Source: an uncultured Massilia sp. (lineage in GTDB: Bacteria; Pseudomonadota; Gammaproteobacteria; Burkholderiales; Burkholderiaceae_D). Taken from it: a stretch of DNA of 64,000 nt. The notes under the pieces are model-generated. The model did not search any database and was not told where the DNA came from. It saw only the letters and a program-made list of their open reading frames with translations. Location of the stretch: NCBI GenBank assembly GCA_966212555.1, contig CBIHRX010000001.1:3928-67927 (forward strand), given 5' to 3'. Of this stretch, positions 35,175-47,413 are shown piece by piece (position 1 is the first letter of the stretch; each line of letters starts with the position of its first letter). The position numbers and the translations under genes were made by a program.

Positions 35175-35178
35175 CTAG

Positions 35179-35235
35179 AACCGGGGTCAGACCCCAGTTT
35201 TAGGAAATTGCCCAAAAATGGGGTCTGACCCCGGT
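35179..35235. repeat. 57-bp palindromic REP/MITE-like element, copy 2
   Basis: 56/57 identical to 6471-6527; begins 4 nt after the ATPase stop codon. Confidence 0.9.
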
Positions 35236-35317
35236 GTTGGCTTGCGCGCCGCGTAGTGGGCAAGGTGTCGTATGCTGGCCCCGACGGCCGCCGCCGGGCG
35301 CGCGTGGGAAAATGTGA

Positions 35318-35704
35318 ATGATCGATGCTGAACAAGTGAAGGCCGTGGTGCGCCTGCCGGCGCCGCAGCGCTATGAATATTTCGTCAAGCGGGTCGCCGC
35401 GTCGGGCACCGTGTGGGGCCTGTACCGCAACGGCTGGGCACTGGCGAAGAAGGATGACGGCACGCTCGTGTTCGCGATGTGGCCGGACGAGGAATTCGCC
35501 CGGTTGTGCGCGGAGTTCGAGTGGGAAGGTTATGCACCGCAGGCCTTTTCGCTGGACGAGTTGCTGACCGAGCTGCTGCCCCAGCTGCAGCAGGATGGCC
35601 TCCTGCCCGGCATCTTCCGCACGCCCGGCTCGAAAGGCGTGATGCCCACGCCTGGCCTCTTGCGCGTCGACCTCGAGGACGAATTGCGAAGGGAAACACC
35701 ATGA
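35318..35704 (+). CDS. DUF2750-family protein
   Basis: RYEYFVKRVA..GTVWGL..NGW, FAMWPDEEFA and LDELLTELLPQL. Confidence 0.78.
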   Translation: MIDAEQVKAVVRLPAPQRYEYFVKRVAASGTVWGLYRNGWALAKKDDGTLVFAMWPDEEFARLCAEFEWEGYAPQAFSLDELLTELLPQLQQDGLLPGIFRTPGSKGVMPTPGLLRVDLEDELRRETP

Positions 35705-37020
35705 ACGCATTGCCGCACGGCGCGCTGGCCTTGTCCAGCCTGGAAGAACAGATGCTGCAGCCCGGCGTGAAGGGCTTGCCGTTGACGGCGCCGCTGCGCC
35801 AGGGCGCGATCGGCGTGCAGGGCTGGAACGTGCTGCATGGCGACACGAGCTATCCCGTCGCGGTATTGAAAACGTCCGCGCTGCGCCACAACCTCGAATG
35901 GATGCGCGATTTCTGCGAGCGCCACGGCGTGCGCATCGCGCCGCACGGCAAGACGACGATGTGCCCGCAGCTGTTCGGCGCCCAGCTCGCGAACGGTGCC
36001 TGGGGCATCACGCTGGCGAACGCCGTGCAGGTGCGGGTGGCGCACCGCTTCGGCGTGCGCCGCGTGCTCGTCGCGAACCAGCTCGTCGCGCGCAGCGACG
36101 TGCGCATGGTGCTGCAACTGCTGCACGAGGATCCGGGCTTCGAATGCGTCGTGCTGGCCGATTCGCTCGCGGGGGTGGCGCGCCTGGCGGAGGAAGTCGA
36201 CCATCACCCGCTCACGCGGCCCTTGTCCGTCCTGGTCGAACTGGGCCTGTCGGGCAAGCGCGCCGGCTGCCGCACGCCGGAAGAAGCGCTGACGGTGGCG
36301 CGCGCCATCGAACGGGCGCCGGGCCTCGTGCTGGCCGGCTTCGAAGGCTATGAAGGGTTGCTCGTATCGGACGACCACGATGCCGACCTGCGCGCCGTGT
36401 CGAACTTCGTCGCGCGCCTGTGCGCGCTCGTGCGCGAGGCCGACGACGAAGGCCTGTTCGGCACGCGCGAGATCCTCGTGACGGCGGGCGGCTCGTCGTA
36501 CTTCGACCTCGTCGCGCGCGGCTTCCAGGAATTGCACGGGCTGTCGCGTCCCCTCGTGGCCGTGCTGCGCAGCGGCTGTTACCTGACGAGCGACCATGGC
36601 ATGTACCAGCGCCACATCGCGGCGCTCGACGCGCGCGAAGGCGTCAAGCCGGAAGACGGATTGCGGGCCGCGCTGGAGATCTGGAGCGTCGTGCAGTCGC
36701 GTCCCGAGCCGGGCCTCGCGATCCTCACGATGGGCAAGCGCGACGCGTCGCACGACGCCGGCCTGCCGGTGCCGCTGCGGCACCACCGGCCCGGCCCCGG
36801 CGCCGCGCACGCGCTGCCGGAGGGCTGCGAGATCGTCAAGATGAACGACCAGCACGCGTACCTGCGCCTGCCGGAAGGCCCGGTGCGCGAGATGCTCGCG
36901 GTGGGCGACCTGGTCGGTTGCGGCATCTCGCATCCGTGCACGACGTTCGACCGCTGGCCGCTGCTGCTGGCCGTGGACGACGACTACGGTGTGCGCTTCG
37001 CGCTCAACACTTTCTTCTAG
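35701..37020 (+). CDS. PLP-dependent D-amino-acid deaminase / D-serine dehydratase-like protein (fold type III)
   Basis: PHGKTTM PLP-lysine motif, GFEGYEG, LRSGCY..DHG, MNDQH and GISHPCTTFD. ATGA overlap with the DUF2750 gene. Confidence 0.85.
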   Translation: MNALPHGALALSSLEEQMLQPGVKGLPLTAPLRQGAIGVQGWNVLHGDTSYPVAVLKTSALRHNLEWMRDFCERHGVRIAPHGKTTMCPQLFGAQLANGAWGITLANAVQVRVAHRFGVRRVLVANQLVARSDVRMVLQLLHEDPGFECVVLADSLAGVARLAEEVDHHPLTRPLSVLVELGLSGKRAGCRTPEEALTVARAIERAPGLVLAGFEGYEGLLVSDDHDADLRAVSNFVARLCALVREADDEGLFGTREILVTAGGSSYFDLVARGFQELHGLSRPLVAVLRSGCYLTSDHGMYQRHIAALDAREGVKPEDGLRAALEIWSVVQSRPEPGLAILTMGKRDASHDAGLPVPLRHHRPGPGAAHALPEGCEIVKMNDQHAYLRLPEGPVREMLAVGDLVGCGISHPCTTFDRWPLLLAVDDDYGVRFALNTFF

Positions 37021-37071
37021 AATGGCCGGGCGGTACGCTACAATCGGTTGTCGTTTTTTCGCTGACCGATC

Positions 37072-38028
37072 ATGCCCGCCACCCCGCCGTCGCTGTTCCC
37101 GCCGATCCTCCCGAACCGTCACGGCATGCTGGCCGTGGACGACCTGCACACGATTTATTGGGAAGAGGTGGGCAACCCGAACGGCATCCCCGTCGTGTTC
37201 CTGCACGGCGGCCCGGGCGCGGGCCTGTCGCCGCAGCACCGCCGCTTCTTCGACCCGAGCGCCTACCGCGTGATCCTGTTCGACCAGCGCGGCGCCGGCA
37301 AGTCGACGCCGCTGGGCGAATGGCGCAACAACACGACGCAGCTGCTCATCGAGGACATCGAACGCCTGCGCGCCATGTTCGGCATCGAGCGCTGGCTCGT
37401 GTTCGGCGGCTCGTGGGGCTCGACGCTGGCGCTGGCCTACGGGCAGGCGCACCCGGAGCGCTGCCTCGGCTTCGTCCTGCGCGGGATCTTCCTGTGCACG
37501 CCGGCCGAGATCGAATTCTTCCTGTACGGCGTACAGTGGTTCTATCCGGAGCTGTACGACGAGTTCATCGCGCCGATCCCGGTCGAGGAACGGGGCGACC
37601 TCTTGAGCGCGTACGCGAAGCGCCTGCTGTGCGACGATCCGCAGCAATACTGGCCCGCCGCGCGCGCGTGGAGCCGCTTCGAGGGCCGCCGCGTGTTCCT
37701 GTTGCCGCAGGAAGAAGAGCACGCGTCCGACACGCTCGACCTGGGCGTGGGCCGGCTGGAATCGCACTACATGGCGCACGGCGGCTTCCTCGAACCGGAC
37801 CAGCTGCTGCGCGACGTCGGCCGCATTTCCCACCTGCCGGCCGTGATCGTGCAGGGCCGCTACGACGTGATCTGCCCGCCGCTGTCCGCGTACCGGCTGC
37901 ACCAGGCCTGGGCCGGGGCGCGCCTGCGCATGATCCCGGACGCGGGCCACGGCGCGCTGGAAGCGGGCATCGCCCGCGCCCTCGTCGCCGCCACGGAACA
38001 GTTCAAGCGACACGGCCGTTTCGATTGA
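37072..38028 (+). CDS. pip: Proline iminopeptidase
   Basis: Motifs HGGPG, DQRGAGKS, GGSWGSTL, QGRYD and DAGH. Confidence 0.94.
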   Translation: MPATPPSLFPPILPNRHGMLAVDDLHTIYWEEVGNPNGIPVVFLHGGPGAGLSPQHRRFFDPSAYRVILFDQRGAGKSTPLGEWRNNTTQLLIEDIERLRAMFGIERWLVFGGSWGSTLALAYGQAHPERCLGFVLRGIFLCTPAEIEFFLYGVQWFYPELYDEFIAPIPVEERGDLLSAYAKRLLCDDPQQYWPAARAWSRFEGRRVFLLPQEEEHASDTLDLGVGRLESHYMAHGGFLEPDQLLRDVGRISHLPAVIVQGRYDVICPPLSAYRLHQAWAGARLRMIPDAGHGALEAGIARALVAATEQFKRHGRFD

Positions 38029-38105
38029 AACGGCGTTCATCCGGACGGAGGCCGCCGCCTGCTACACTGTCCCCAGCTTCTTACAATAACGACAAGCTAC
38101 CCCGC

Positions 38106-38552
38106 ATGAATATCCAGACCAACGACATCGGCCATGTCATCCAGCTGTCCATCGCGCCCGTGTTCCTGCTGACCGGCGTGGCGACCAAGCTGACGGTACT
38201 GATGAACCGCCTCGCGCGCATCATCGACCGTACCCGCGACCTCAAGATCGAACTGCGCAAGGGGCCGGATCCGGAATGCAGCGAGGAGCTCGACGTGTTG
38301 TACCAGCGCTGGCGGCTGATCAATTATGCGATCACGGCCAGCACCGGCTGCGGCTTCCTGATCTGCGTGGTGATCGCCTGCCTGTTCCTCGGCGATACCA
38401 CCAACCTGCCGCTGGACCGCTACATCGCCGGCATGTTCGTGGTGGCCATGGTCGCCCTGATTGCCAGTTTCATTTTCCTGCTGCGCGAAGTGTCCGTCTC
38501 GTTCCGCTACATGCGCATCCACCGCCACGACGCTCCGGTCCGGCCGGACTAG
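38106..38552 (+). CDS. DUF2721-family membrane protein
   Basis: IQLSIAPVFLLTG, NRLARIIDR and LLREV; three hydrophobic segments. Confidence 0.82.
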   Translation: MNIQTNDIGHVIQLSIAPVFLLTGVATKLTVLMNRLARIIDRTRDLKIELRKGPDPECSEELDVLYQRWRLINYAITASTGCGFLICVVIACLFLGDTTNLPLDRYIAGMFVVAMVALIASFIFLLREVSVSFRYMRIHRHDAPVRPD

Positions 38553-38573
38553 TTTTTACGAATCGAGACCATC

Positions 38574-39029
38574 ATGAACGATTACCAACGTCCCCCCACC
38601 CTGCACAGCTACGGCCTGCGCGCCGAGCTGGAACTGGCGCTGTCCAGCGGCCAGTTCAAGCTCCAGCCCGAGAACGGCTTCCTGACCTTGTCGTTCTCCA
38701 CGGCGTGGAACAAAGGCCTGTTCGACGTCCTCGGCCCGGCCGACAGCTGCCTCGTCATCCACAACACGGAAGAATTCGGCGAGCGCCTGCACCGTGCCGT
38801 CCAGCGCACCCTGCCCAACTGGGCCGGCATCGACGGTCCCGTCGAATACGGCATCCGCTCGCGCCTGGGCTCGGCCTTTTCGCGTCCCATCGCCGATGCG
38901 CGCGAAAAGGAGTGGAAGTTCGCGTGGCGCTCGCTGGCGCCGCACACGAGCCTGAATCCCGTCACGGTGCGCATCGGCAGCATCGAGCAGTTCGCCGAAC
39001 TGCGCACGCCGGAGAGTTATCCGGCCTGA
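38574..39029 (+). CDS. Hypothetical protein
   Basis: 151-aa ORF with codon usage typical of the window, filling the gap between annotated genes; no confident family. Confidence 0.7.
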   Translation: MNDYQRPPTLHSYGLRAELELALSSGQFKLQPENGFLTLSFSTAWNKGLFDVLGPADSCLVIHNTEEFGERLHRAVQRTLPNWAGIDGPVEYGIRSRLGSAFSRPIADAREKEWKFAWRSLAPHTSLNPVTVRIGSIEQFAELRTPESYPA

Positions 39030-39050
39030 CGCTCGCTCCCCTTCGATTAG

Positions 39051-41153
<2,103 letters not shown>

Positions 41154-41174
41154 CACGAACCGCCGGCGCGTCGT

Positions 41175-41657
41175 TCAGCGCTTGCTGCCGCCCTTCTTAC
41201 TCTTCTTGCTGCGGTAATCCGACGCCGGCTGCGCCGTCTGGTCACCCTGGCGCGGCGTGTTGAGGTCGCTCTGCCGGGAACCCGCCGGCGATTCCAGCGA
41301 ACCGCCTTTCTGCTGCTGTTCCATGCCGCCGTAGCCCGACTGGCGCGAGGCGTTCAGGCGGTCTTCCTCGCCGCGTGCCTGCATGCGCTGGGCACTCTGG
41401 CGGGCGCTCCAGCCGGCCTGCTGGGCGCCGGCGCCGCCGCGCTGGCTGCCCAGGTTCTCATCGATACCGCCTTGCAGCGAGCCGCGGGCGCGCAGGGATG
41501 CGCCCTGCTGTTCGATATTCGCCGACTGGACGTTGGCCCCGCCCGGCGCCACCCAGCCCGGTGCGCGCGGCTGCTGGCTGCCTTCCGCGACGGGAACGAT
41601 TTTTTCCTTGGCGATGCCGCGCGAATGCGTGGTGTCCGGTCCTTTTTGTTTGGTCAT
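41175..41657 (-). CDS. Hypothetical hydrophilic Gln/Gly/Ser-rich protein
   Basis: Strong RBS AGGAGG before the ATG at 41657; low complexity with almost no hydrophobic core. Confidence 0.65.
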   Translation of the reverse strand: MTKQKGPDTTHSRGIAKEKIVPVAEGSQQPRAPGWVAPGGANVQSANIEQQGASLRARGSLQGGIDENLGSQRGGAGAQQAGWSARQSAQRMQARGEEDRLNASRQSGYGGMEQQQKGGSLESPAGSRQSDLNTPRQGDQTAQPASDYRSKKSKKGGSKR

Positions 41658-41821
41658 TTGATCCTCCTGTGGGCTGCGCATGCTGATGCGCTGACAGGAG
41701 GATCATGCGCGCGGGGAACGCGCTATTCCAGAGGAAGAGGGAGCGCACCTTTGTAGGACTGGAACTACCAACTTATCCTTGTGAAACAAGGATTTATGAT
41801 AGCTCAGCCGTGCGCCCCTGC

Positions 41822-42943
41822 CTATTTTTTGCGCACGACGACGCAGCCGATCGAATAGCCGGCGCCGAACGAGCAGATGACGCCGTTGGCGCCGCTGGGC
41901 AGGTCGTCCTGGTGCGAGTGGAACGCGATGATCGAACCGGCCGACGACGTGTTCGCGTAGCGGTCGAGGATCACGGGCGCTTCTTCCGGCGTCGCGTCGC
42001 GGCCCAGCAGGGTGCGCACGATCAGCTGGTTCATGCTCAGGTTGGCCTGGTGCAGCCAGAAGCGCGAGATGTCCTCGATCCGGAGACCCGCGCCTTCGAC
42101 CGTATCGCGGATCATCGCGGCCGCCATCGGGCACACTTCCTTGAACACCTTGCGGCCCTGCTGGCGGAACAGTTTATCCGGCTGGCCGATGCCGTCTTCG
42201 TCGAAGCGGTTCATGAAGCCGAAGTTGTTGCGGATATTGTTCGAGAACTTCGTCTTCAGCTTCGAATCGAGGATCTCGAACTGGTGGGCGCTCGTGGCCG
42301 TGTCGGCCGCTTCGATGACCATCGCGGTGCACGCGTCGCCGAAGATGAAATGGCTGTCGCGGTCGCGGAAGTTCAGGTGGGCGCTCGTGATTTCCGGATC
42401 GAGCACGAGCACGGCGCGCGCCTGGCCCGTCTGGACGGCGGCGGCCGCGGTCTGGATCGCGAACGTGGCGGACGAGCAGGCCACGTTCATGTCGAAGCCG
42501 TAGCCGTCGATGCCGAGCGCTTCCTGCACCTCGACGGCCATCGCCGGGTAGGCGCGCTGCATGTTGCTGGCGGCGACCAGGACCATGTCGATGTCGGCCG
42601 GCGTGCGGCCCGCGCGGGCCAGGGCCTGGCGCGCGGCCGCGACGCAGATCTCGGCCTGCAGCGACAGTTCCTCGTCGCCGCGTTCCTTGATGCGCGGCGT
42701 CATGTGGGTCGGGTCGAGGATGCCGGCCTTTTCCATCACGTAGCGCGACTTGATGCCGGACGCCTTTTCGATGAAGGCGCTGCTGGACGGTTCCAGCGCG
42801 GTGACCTCGCCGGCCGCGATCCTGTCGGCGTGCTCGGCGTTGAACAGTTCGACGTACTGGTTGAAGGCCGTCACCAGCTCATCGTTGGAAATCGAATTCG
42901 GTGGCGTGAACAGGCCGGTGCCGCTGATGACGACAGATTTCAT
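41822..42943 (-). CDS. Beta-ketoacyl-ACP synthase III (long FabH type)
   Basis: Cys-His-Asn triad (VACSS, LHQAN, YANTSSAG); extended N-terminus; FGAG. Confidence 0.88.
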   Translation of the reverse strand: MKSVVISGTGLFTPPNSISNDELVTAFNQYVELFNAEHADRIAAGEVTALEPSSSAFIEKASGIKSRYVMEKAGILDPTHMTPRIKERGDEELSLQAEICVAAARQALARAGRTPADIDMVLVAASNMQRAYPAMAVEVQEALGIDGYGFDMNVACSSATFAIQTAAAAVQTGQARAVLVLDPEITSAHLNFRDRDSHFIFGDACTAMVIEAADTATSAHQFEILDSKLKTKFSNNIRNNFGFMNRFDEDGIGQPDKLFRQQGRKVFKEVCPMAAAMIRDTVEGAGLRIEDISRFWLHQANLSMNQLIVRTLLGRDATPEEAPVILDRYANTSSAGSIIAFHSHQDDLPSGANGVICSFGAGYSIGCVVVRKK

Positions 42944-43075
42944 AGTTAACTAGCTTTCATGGACGATAACGGGAGGCAACTCTCCCCGAATCTGCCGATT
43001 CTACACAATCGTACTGACGGTGGGAACCGAGGGTCTATTCGACAGGAAGCCTGTCAGTACGGGCGTTGTGCGGGA

Positions 43076-44503
43076 TCAGTGGGCTTGCTGGGCGAGCGAC
43101 GGCGGCGTTGCCGCGCGCTTGGACAATTGCACCGGCAAGCCCTGCAGGTGATGCAGTGCCTGGGCCAGCTGAAAATCGTCGGCGCTGCCGAATTCGAGCG
43201 GCTTGCGGGCGCGCGCGGCCGCGAGGATGCGCATCTGCTCCTCGATGTCGTCGTGGTTCGTCGCATCCTCGGCCGCGCGGCTGGTGTCGTTCTTGAGGTG
43301 GTGCTGCAGGTCGGCCTCGCGCATGCGCAGGGCGTTCAGGCCGTCGCCGTCGGCGTTCTCGTCGACGGGAATGTCGGGCACGATGCCGCGCGCCTGGATC
43401 GAGCGGCCGCTGGGCGTGTAATAGCGCGCCGTCGTCAGTTTCACCGCGGTGTCGCCGGCCAGCGGGCGGATCGTCTGCACGGACCCCTTGCCGAACGTCT
43501 GGCTGCCGACGATGGCGGCGCGTTTATGGTCCTGCAGCGCGCCCGCGACGATTTCCGATGCCGATGCCGAGCCCGTGTTCACGAGGACGACCATCGGAAT
43601 CGTTTTGAACAGGTCCGGCACCTTGTCGAGCGGATCGTTGCCGCGGCTGAGCAGGTAGTACTCGGGGCTGCCGTAGAAGCGGGCCTTCGAATCTTCCAGC
43701 TGGCCGTTCGTCGAGACGATCTCGGCATTCTTCGGCAGGAACGCCGCGGACACGCCTATCGCGCCCTGCAGCAGGCCGCCCGGGTCGTTGCGCAAATCGA
43801 GCACGAGACCCTTCAAATTGGGCTCCTCGCGCGCCAGCGCGGCCAGTTTCCTGGCGAGATCCTCGACGGTCGGTTCCTGGAATTGCGATATGCGCACCCA
43901 GGCGTAGCCAGGCGCGACGATCTTGCCTTTCACGCTTTTCTGGACGATTTCGTCGCGCACGATCGTGAACGACAGCGGCGACGCGGCATCCTTGCGCAGC
44001 ACGGTGAGCACGACCTTCGTGCGCGGCTCGCCGCGCATGCGCTTGATGGCCTCGTCGAGATCCATGTCCTTCACCGCCGCGCCGTCGATGTGCGTGATCA
44101 GGTCGCCCGCCTGGATGCCGGCGCGGGCCGCAGGCGCATCCTCGATCGGGGTGACGATGCGGACATAGCCTTCCTCGCTCTGGTTGATCTCGATGCCCAG
44201 GCCGACGAATTTGCCTTCGGTCCCTTCGCGCAGTTCGCGGTAGGCTTTGCGGTCCAGGTAGGCCGAGTGCGGGTCGAGCGCGCCCACCATGCCGGAAATG
44301 GCCTGCGTGAGGAGCTTGCGGTCTTCGACGGGCTCGACGTAGCCGGCCTTGATCGTGTTGTAGGCATGCGCCAGCTGGTGCAGGCCTTCGATGGGCATGC
44401 CGTCCACCGGCTTGTGGGCCAGGGCCGAGTATTGCATCGTGACGCCGACCCCGAGGATCACACCGAGGGTGACCAGGGCAACGTTCTTGAAGCTGGAGCG
44501 CAT
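43076..44503 (-). CDS. ctpA: S41 carboxy-terminal processing protease
   Basis: Motifs LDPHSAY, PDZ GLGIEI, DLRNDPGG, SASASEIVAGALQD and TFGKGSVQ. Confidence 0.9.
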   Translation of the reverse strand: MRSSFKNVALVTLGVILGVGVTMQYSALAHKPVDGMPIEGLHQLAHAYNTIKAGYVEPVEDRKLLTQAISGMVGALDPHSAYLDRKAYRELREGTEGKFVGLGIEINQSEEGYVRIVTPIEDAPAARAGIQAGDLITHIDGAAVKDMDLDEAIKRMRGEPRTKVVLTVLRKDAASPLSFTIVRDEIVQKSVKGKIVAPGYAWVRISQFQEPTVEDLARKLAALAREEPNLKGLVLDLRNDPGGLLQGAIGVSAAFLPKNAEIVSTNGQLEDSKARFYGSPEYYLLSRGNDPLDKVPDLFKTIPMVVLVNTGSASASEIVAGALQDHKRAAIVGSQTFGKGSVQTIRPLAGDTAVKLTTARYYTPSGRSIQARGIVPDIPVDENADGDGLNALRMREADLQHHLKNDTSRAAEDATNHDDIEEQMRILAAARARKPLEFGSADDFQLAQALHHLQGLPVQLSKRAATPPSLAQQAH

Positions 44504-44583
44504 GGGCGATGAGCGAAAGGAGACTGCGGTCCAGTATAACCGTCCCGCGGCCCGGGTGCGACGCCCGGACCGCGGGAACGCCG

Positions 44584-45789
44584 TCAGGCGACGGCGCGCT
44601 TGCCGGCGGGCAAGGTGCCGCGGCTGTTGATGATGCGCGAAAACAACGTCAGTTGCCCGTTGGTCGTGTCGTCCCAGCTGAAACCTTCGGCATAGCGGCG
44701 GGTGGCGGCGTGGTCCGGGTAGTTGCGGCGCAGTTCCGTCAGCGCTTCGGCGATGCCTTTCGCCGTGCGCTCCTTCATCAGCACGCCCGCCTCCGGCCTG
44801 GCCACGACTTCCGGCGTGCCCCAGACGTTGCTGGCCACGACCGGCGTGCCGCAGGCCATCGATTCCAGCAACACGTTGGCCCAGCCTTCGCGGCTGGACG
44901 CGAGGATCATCGCATCGGCCGCGTTGTAGTAATGCTTGAGCTCGGTCTGCGCGACGGCGCCGAGGAATTTGACGCGGTCGGCCACGCCCAGGCTGGCGGC
45001 CAGCGCTTCCAGCTTCTTGCGCTCCGGGCCGATGCCGGCAATGAGCAGTTTCACGTCCGGCAGCATGGGCAGCGCGCCGATCGTGAGGTCGTGCGCCTTG
45101 CGCGGGTCGAGCACGCCGACGGAAATCACCGTGAAGCCGTCGATGCCCAGTTGCGCGCGCGCGGCCGCGCGGTCCATCGGGACGAAGCGCTGCAGGTCGA
45201 CGCCGTTGCGCAACGACACGATGCGGTCGCCCGGAATGCCGAGGCCGATCATCTCTTCGCGCAGCGCCTGGCACACGGTGATCATGCCGGCCGCGTTGTT
45301 TGCCGCCCACATGAGTTGCTTTCTCGGCAGCGTGAACTGCGGAATCAGGTTAATGTCGGTACCGCGGGCCGTGATGACGACGGGCTTGTTGAAATACTTA
45401 CCCAGCATGACCGCGGCGACGCCGTCCGGATAAAAATAGTGCGCGTCGATGACGTCGAAGTCGTAGCCCTCGTCGATGATGCGCCCGATCTCGCGCTTGC
45501 AGGCCTGGGCCATCAGCCACGGTGCCGCCGTCATCCCGACCTTCGGAATGACGAGGTAGCGGGGGTGCGTGACCTCGATGTCGTAGCGCGTCTCGGCCGC
45601 CGGCACCTTGGAAAAGGCCGCATAGTCGCCGAAGCGCGGGTGCTGCGACGGGAACCAGGGCACGGGCGCGACGACTTTCGATTCGACCTGGCCGCTGGCG
45701 AGCAGGTAGCGCAATCGGGTCTCGACAAAGATGCCGTGGCTGGGTTTGACCGTGTTCGGGAAGAGGGAACTGAATGTAAGGAGCTTCAT
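44584..45789 (-). CDS. Glycosyltransferase family 4 (TuaC-like)
   Basis: DAHYFYPDGVAA, LRNGVD and EGWANVLLESMACG (Ex7E motif). ATG (MKLLTF) at 45789. Confidence 0.88.
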   Translation of the reverse strand: MKLLTFSSLFPNTVKPSHGIFVETRLRYLLASGQVESKVVAPVPWFPSQHPRFGDYAAFSKVPAAETRYDIEVTHPRYLVIPKVGMTAAPWLMAQACKREIGRIIDEGYDFDVIDAHYFYPDGVAAVMLGKYFNKPVVITARGTDINLIPQFTLPRKQLMWAANNAAGMITVCQALREEMIGLGIPGDRIVSLRNGVDLQRFVPMDRAAARAQLGIDGFTVISVGVLDPRKAHDLTIGALPMLPDVKLLIAGIGPERKKLEALAASLGVADRVKFLGAVAQTELKHYYNAADAMILASSREGWANVLLESMACGTPVVASNVWGTPEVVARPEAGVLMKERTAKGIAEALTELRRNYPDHAATRRYAEGFSWDDTTNGQLTLFSRIINSRGTLPAGKRAVA

Positions 45790-45826
45790 CGACGATGTGC
45801 GCGGGGCGGGAATAGCGGAGCGTAGC

Positions 45827-45844
45827 ATCTATTATGTAATAGAT
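45827..45844. promoter_or_regulatory. AT-rich 18-bp palindrome in a divergent promoter region
   Basis: ATCTATTA-TG-TAATAGAT. Confidence 0.45.
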
Positions 45845-46045
45845 TGCAATTACTTGGCTTTTCTAACGGAACGTGCCCTAGTTTAATAGCAAAAAAGCAA
45901 ACGTGTAACGTGCTCGCCAGAAATCTGTGATAAATTCGTCTAGTTATTAGTCCGGCGGCAAGTCCTCCGGCCCACCCTCTCATGAGGCGATCCGGCATGT
46001 AGCGCCGGGCGTCCCGTGGTCCCTTACCTCAATCTGTAGAAGATC

Positions 46046-47413
46046 ATGAAAATTTCAGTTATCGGGACTGGTTACGTCGGACTGGTGTCTGGCGCCTGCT
46101 TCGCCGACGTCGGCAACACCGTGCTGTGCCTGGACGTCGATACGCGCAAGATCACGATGTTGAAGGACGGGATCATCCCGATCCACGAACCCGGCCTGGA
46201 CAGCCTCGTCCAGCGCAATGCCGCCGCGGGCCGCCTGCTGTTCTCGTCGAACTACGACGACGCCGTCAGCCACGCCGACATCATCTTCCTGGCCGTCGGC
46301 ACGCCGCCGGACGAAGACGGCAGCGCCGACCTGACCCACATCCTGTCGGCCGCGCGCAGCATCGGCGAGCGCCTGACGAAGCCGGCCGTGATCGTCGACA
46401 AGTCGACCGTGCCCGTCGGCACCGCGGAAAAAGTGAAACGCGCCATCGCCGGTGAACTGGAGAAGCGCGGCGTGAACGTCGCCTTCCACGTCGTCAGCAA
46501 CCCCGAATTCCTGAAAGAAGGCGCCGCGATCGACGACTTCATGAAGCCGGACCGCATCGTGGTCGGTTTCGACGATGGCGACGCGGGCAAGCAGATGCGC
46601 CAGCTGTACGCGCCGTTCAGCCGCAACCACGAGAAATTCGTCGAGATGGACATCCGCAGCGCCGAGCTGACGAAGTACGCGGCGAACGCGATGCTGGCCA
46701 CCCGCATCAGCTTCATGAACGAGCTGGCGAACCTGTCCGAACTGCTGGGCGCCGACATCGAGGCCGTGCGCCTGGGCATCGGCATGGACCCGCGCATCGG
46801 TCCGGACTTCCTGTACGCCGGCATGGGCTATGGCGGTTCCTGCTTCCCGAAAGACGTCAAGGCGCTGATCAAGACGGCGTCCGACCACAAGCAGCAGCTG
46901 CACCTCCTCACCGCCACCGAGAAAGTCAACGAGGAACAGAAGAACGTGCTGTTCACGAAGCTGGTGCGCTTCTTCGGCGGCGAAAACAACCTGAAGGGCA
47001 AGACGATCGCCCTGTGGGGCCTGTCGTTCAAGCCGAACACGGACGACATGCGCGAAGCGCCGAGCCGCATCCTGATCAAGTCGCTGTTCGACGCGGGCGC
47101 CAACGTGGTCGCGTACGACCCCGTCGCCAGCACGGAAGCGAAGCGCGTCCTGGTGGCCGAGCATGGCGAGGACCTGTGCAACACCCGCCTGCGCATCGTC
47201 GAGTCGGCCAAACAGGCCGTCGAAGGCGCGGACGTGCTCGTGCTGGTCACGGAGTGGAAGGAATTCCGCGCGCCGGACCTGCCGTTCCTGGCCGAGAACC
47301 TGAAACTGAAGGCCGTGTTCGACGGTCGTAACATCTACGATCCGGACGCGTTCGGCGCCGCCGGCCTCGTCTACGAGGGCATCGGCCGCCGTTCGGGGAA
47401 AGCGGAACAATGA
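46046..47413 (+). CDS. ugd: UDP-glucose 6-dehydrogenase
   Basis: Motifs [30 protein letters not shown] and GGSCFPKD. Confidence 0.95.
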   Translation: MKISVIGTGYVGLVSGACFADVGNTVLCLDVDTRKITMLKDGIIPIHEPGLDSLVQRNAAAGRLLFSSNYDDAVSHADIIFLAVGTPPDEDGSADLTHILSAARSIGERLTKPAVIVDKSTVPVGTAEKVKRAIAGELEKRGVNVAFHVVSNPEFLKEGAAIDDFMKPDRIVVGFDDGDAGKQMRQLYAPFSRNHEKFVEMDIRSAELTKYAANAMLATRISFMNELANLSELLGADIEAVRLGIGMDPRIGPDFLYAGMGYGGSCFPKDVKALIKTASDHKQQLHLLTATEKVNEEQKNVLFTKLVRFFGGENNLKGKTIALWGLSFKPNTDDMREAPSRILIKSLFDAGANVVAYDPVASTEAKRVLVAEHGEDLCNTRLRIVESAKQAVEGADVLVLVTEWKEFRAPDLPFLAENLKLKAVFDGRNIYDPDAFGAAGLVYEGIGRRSGKAEQ

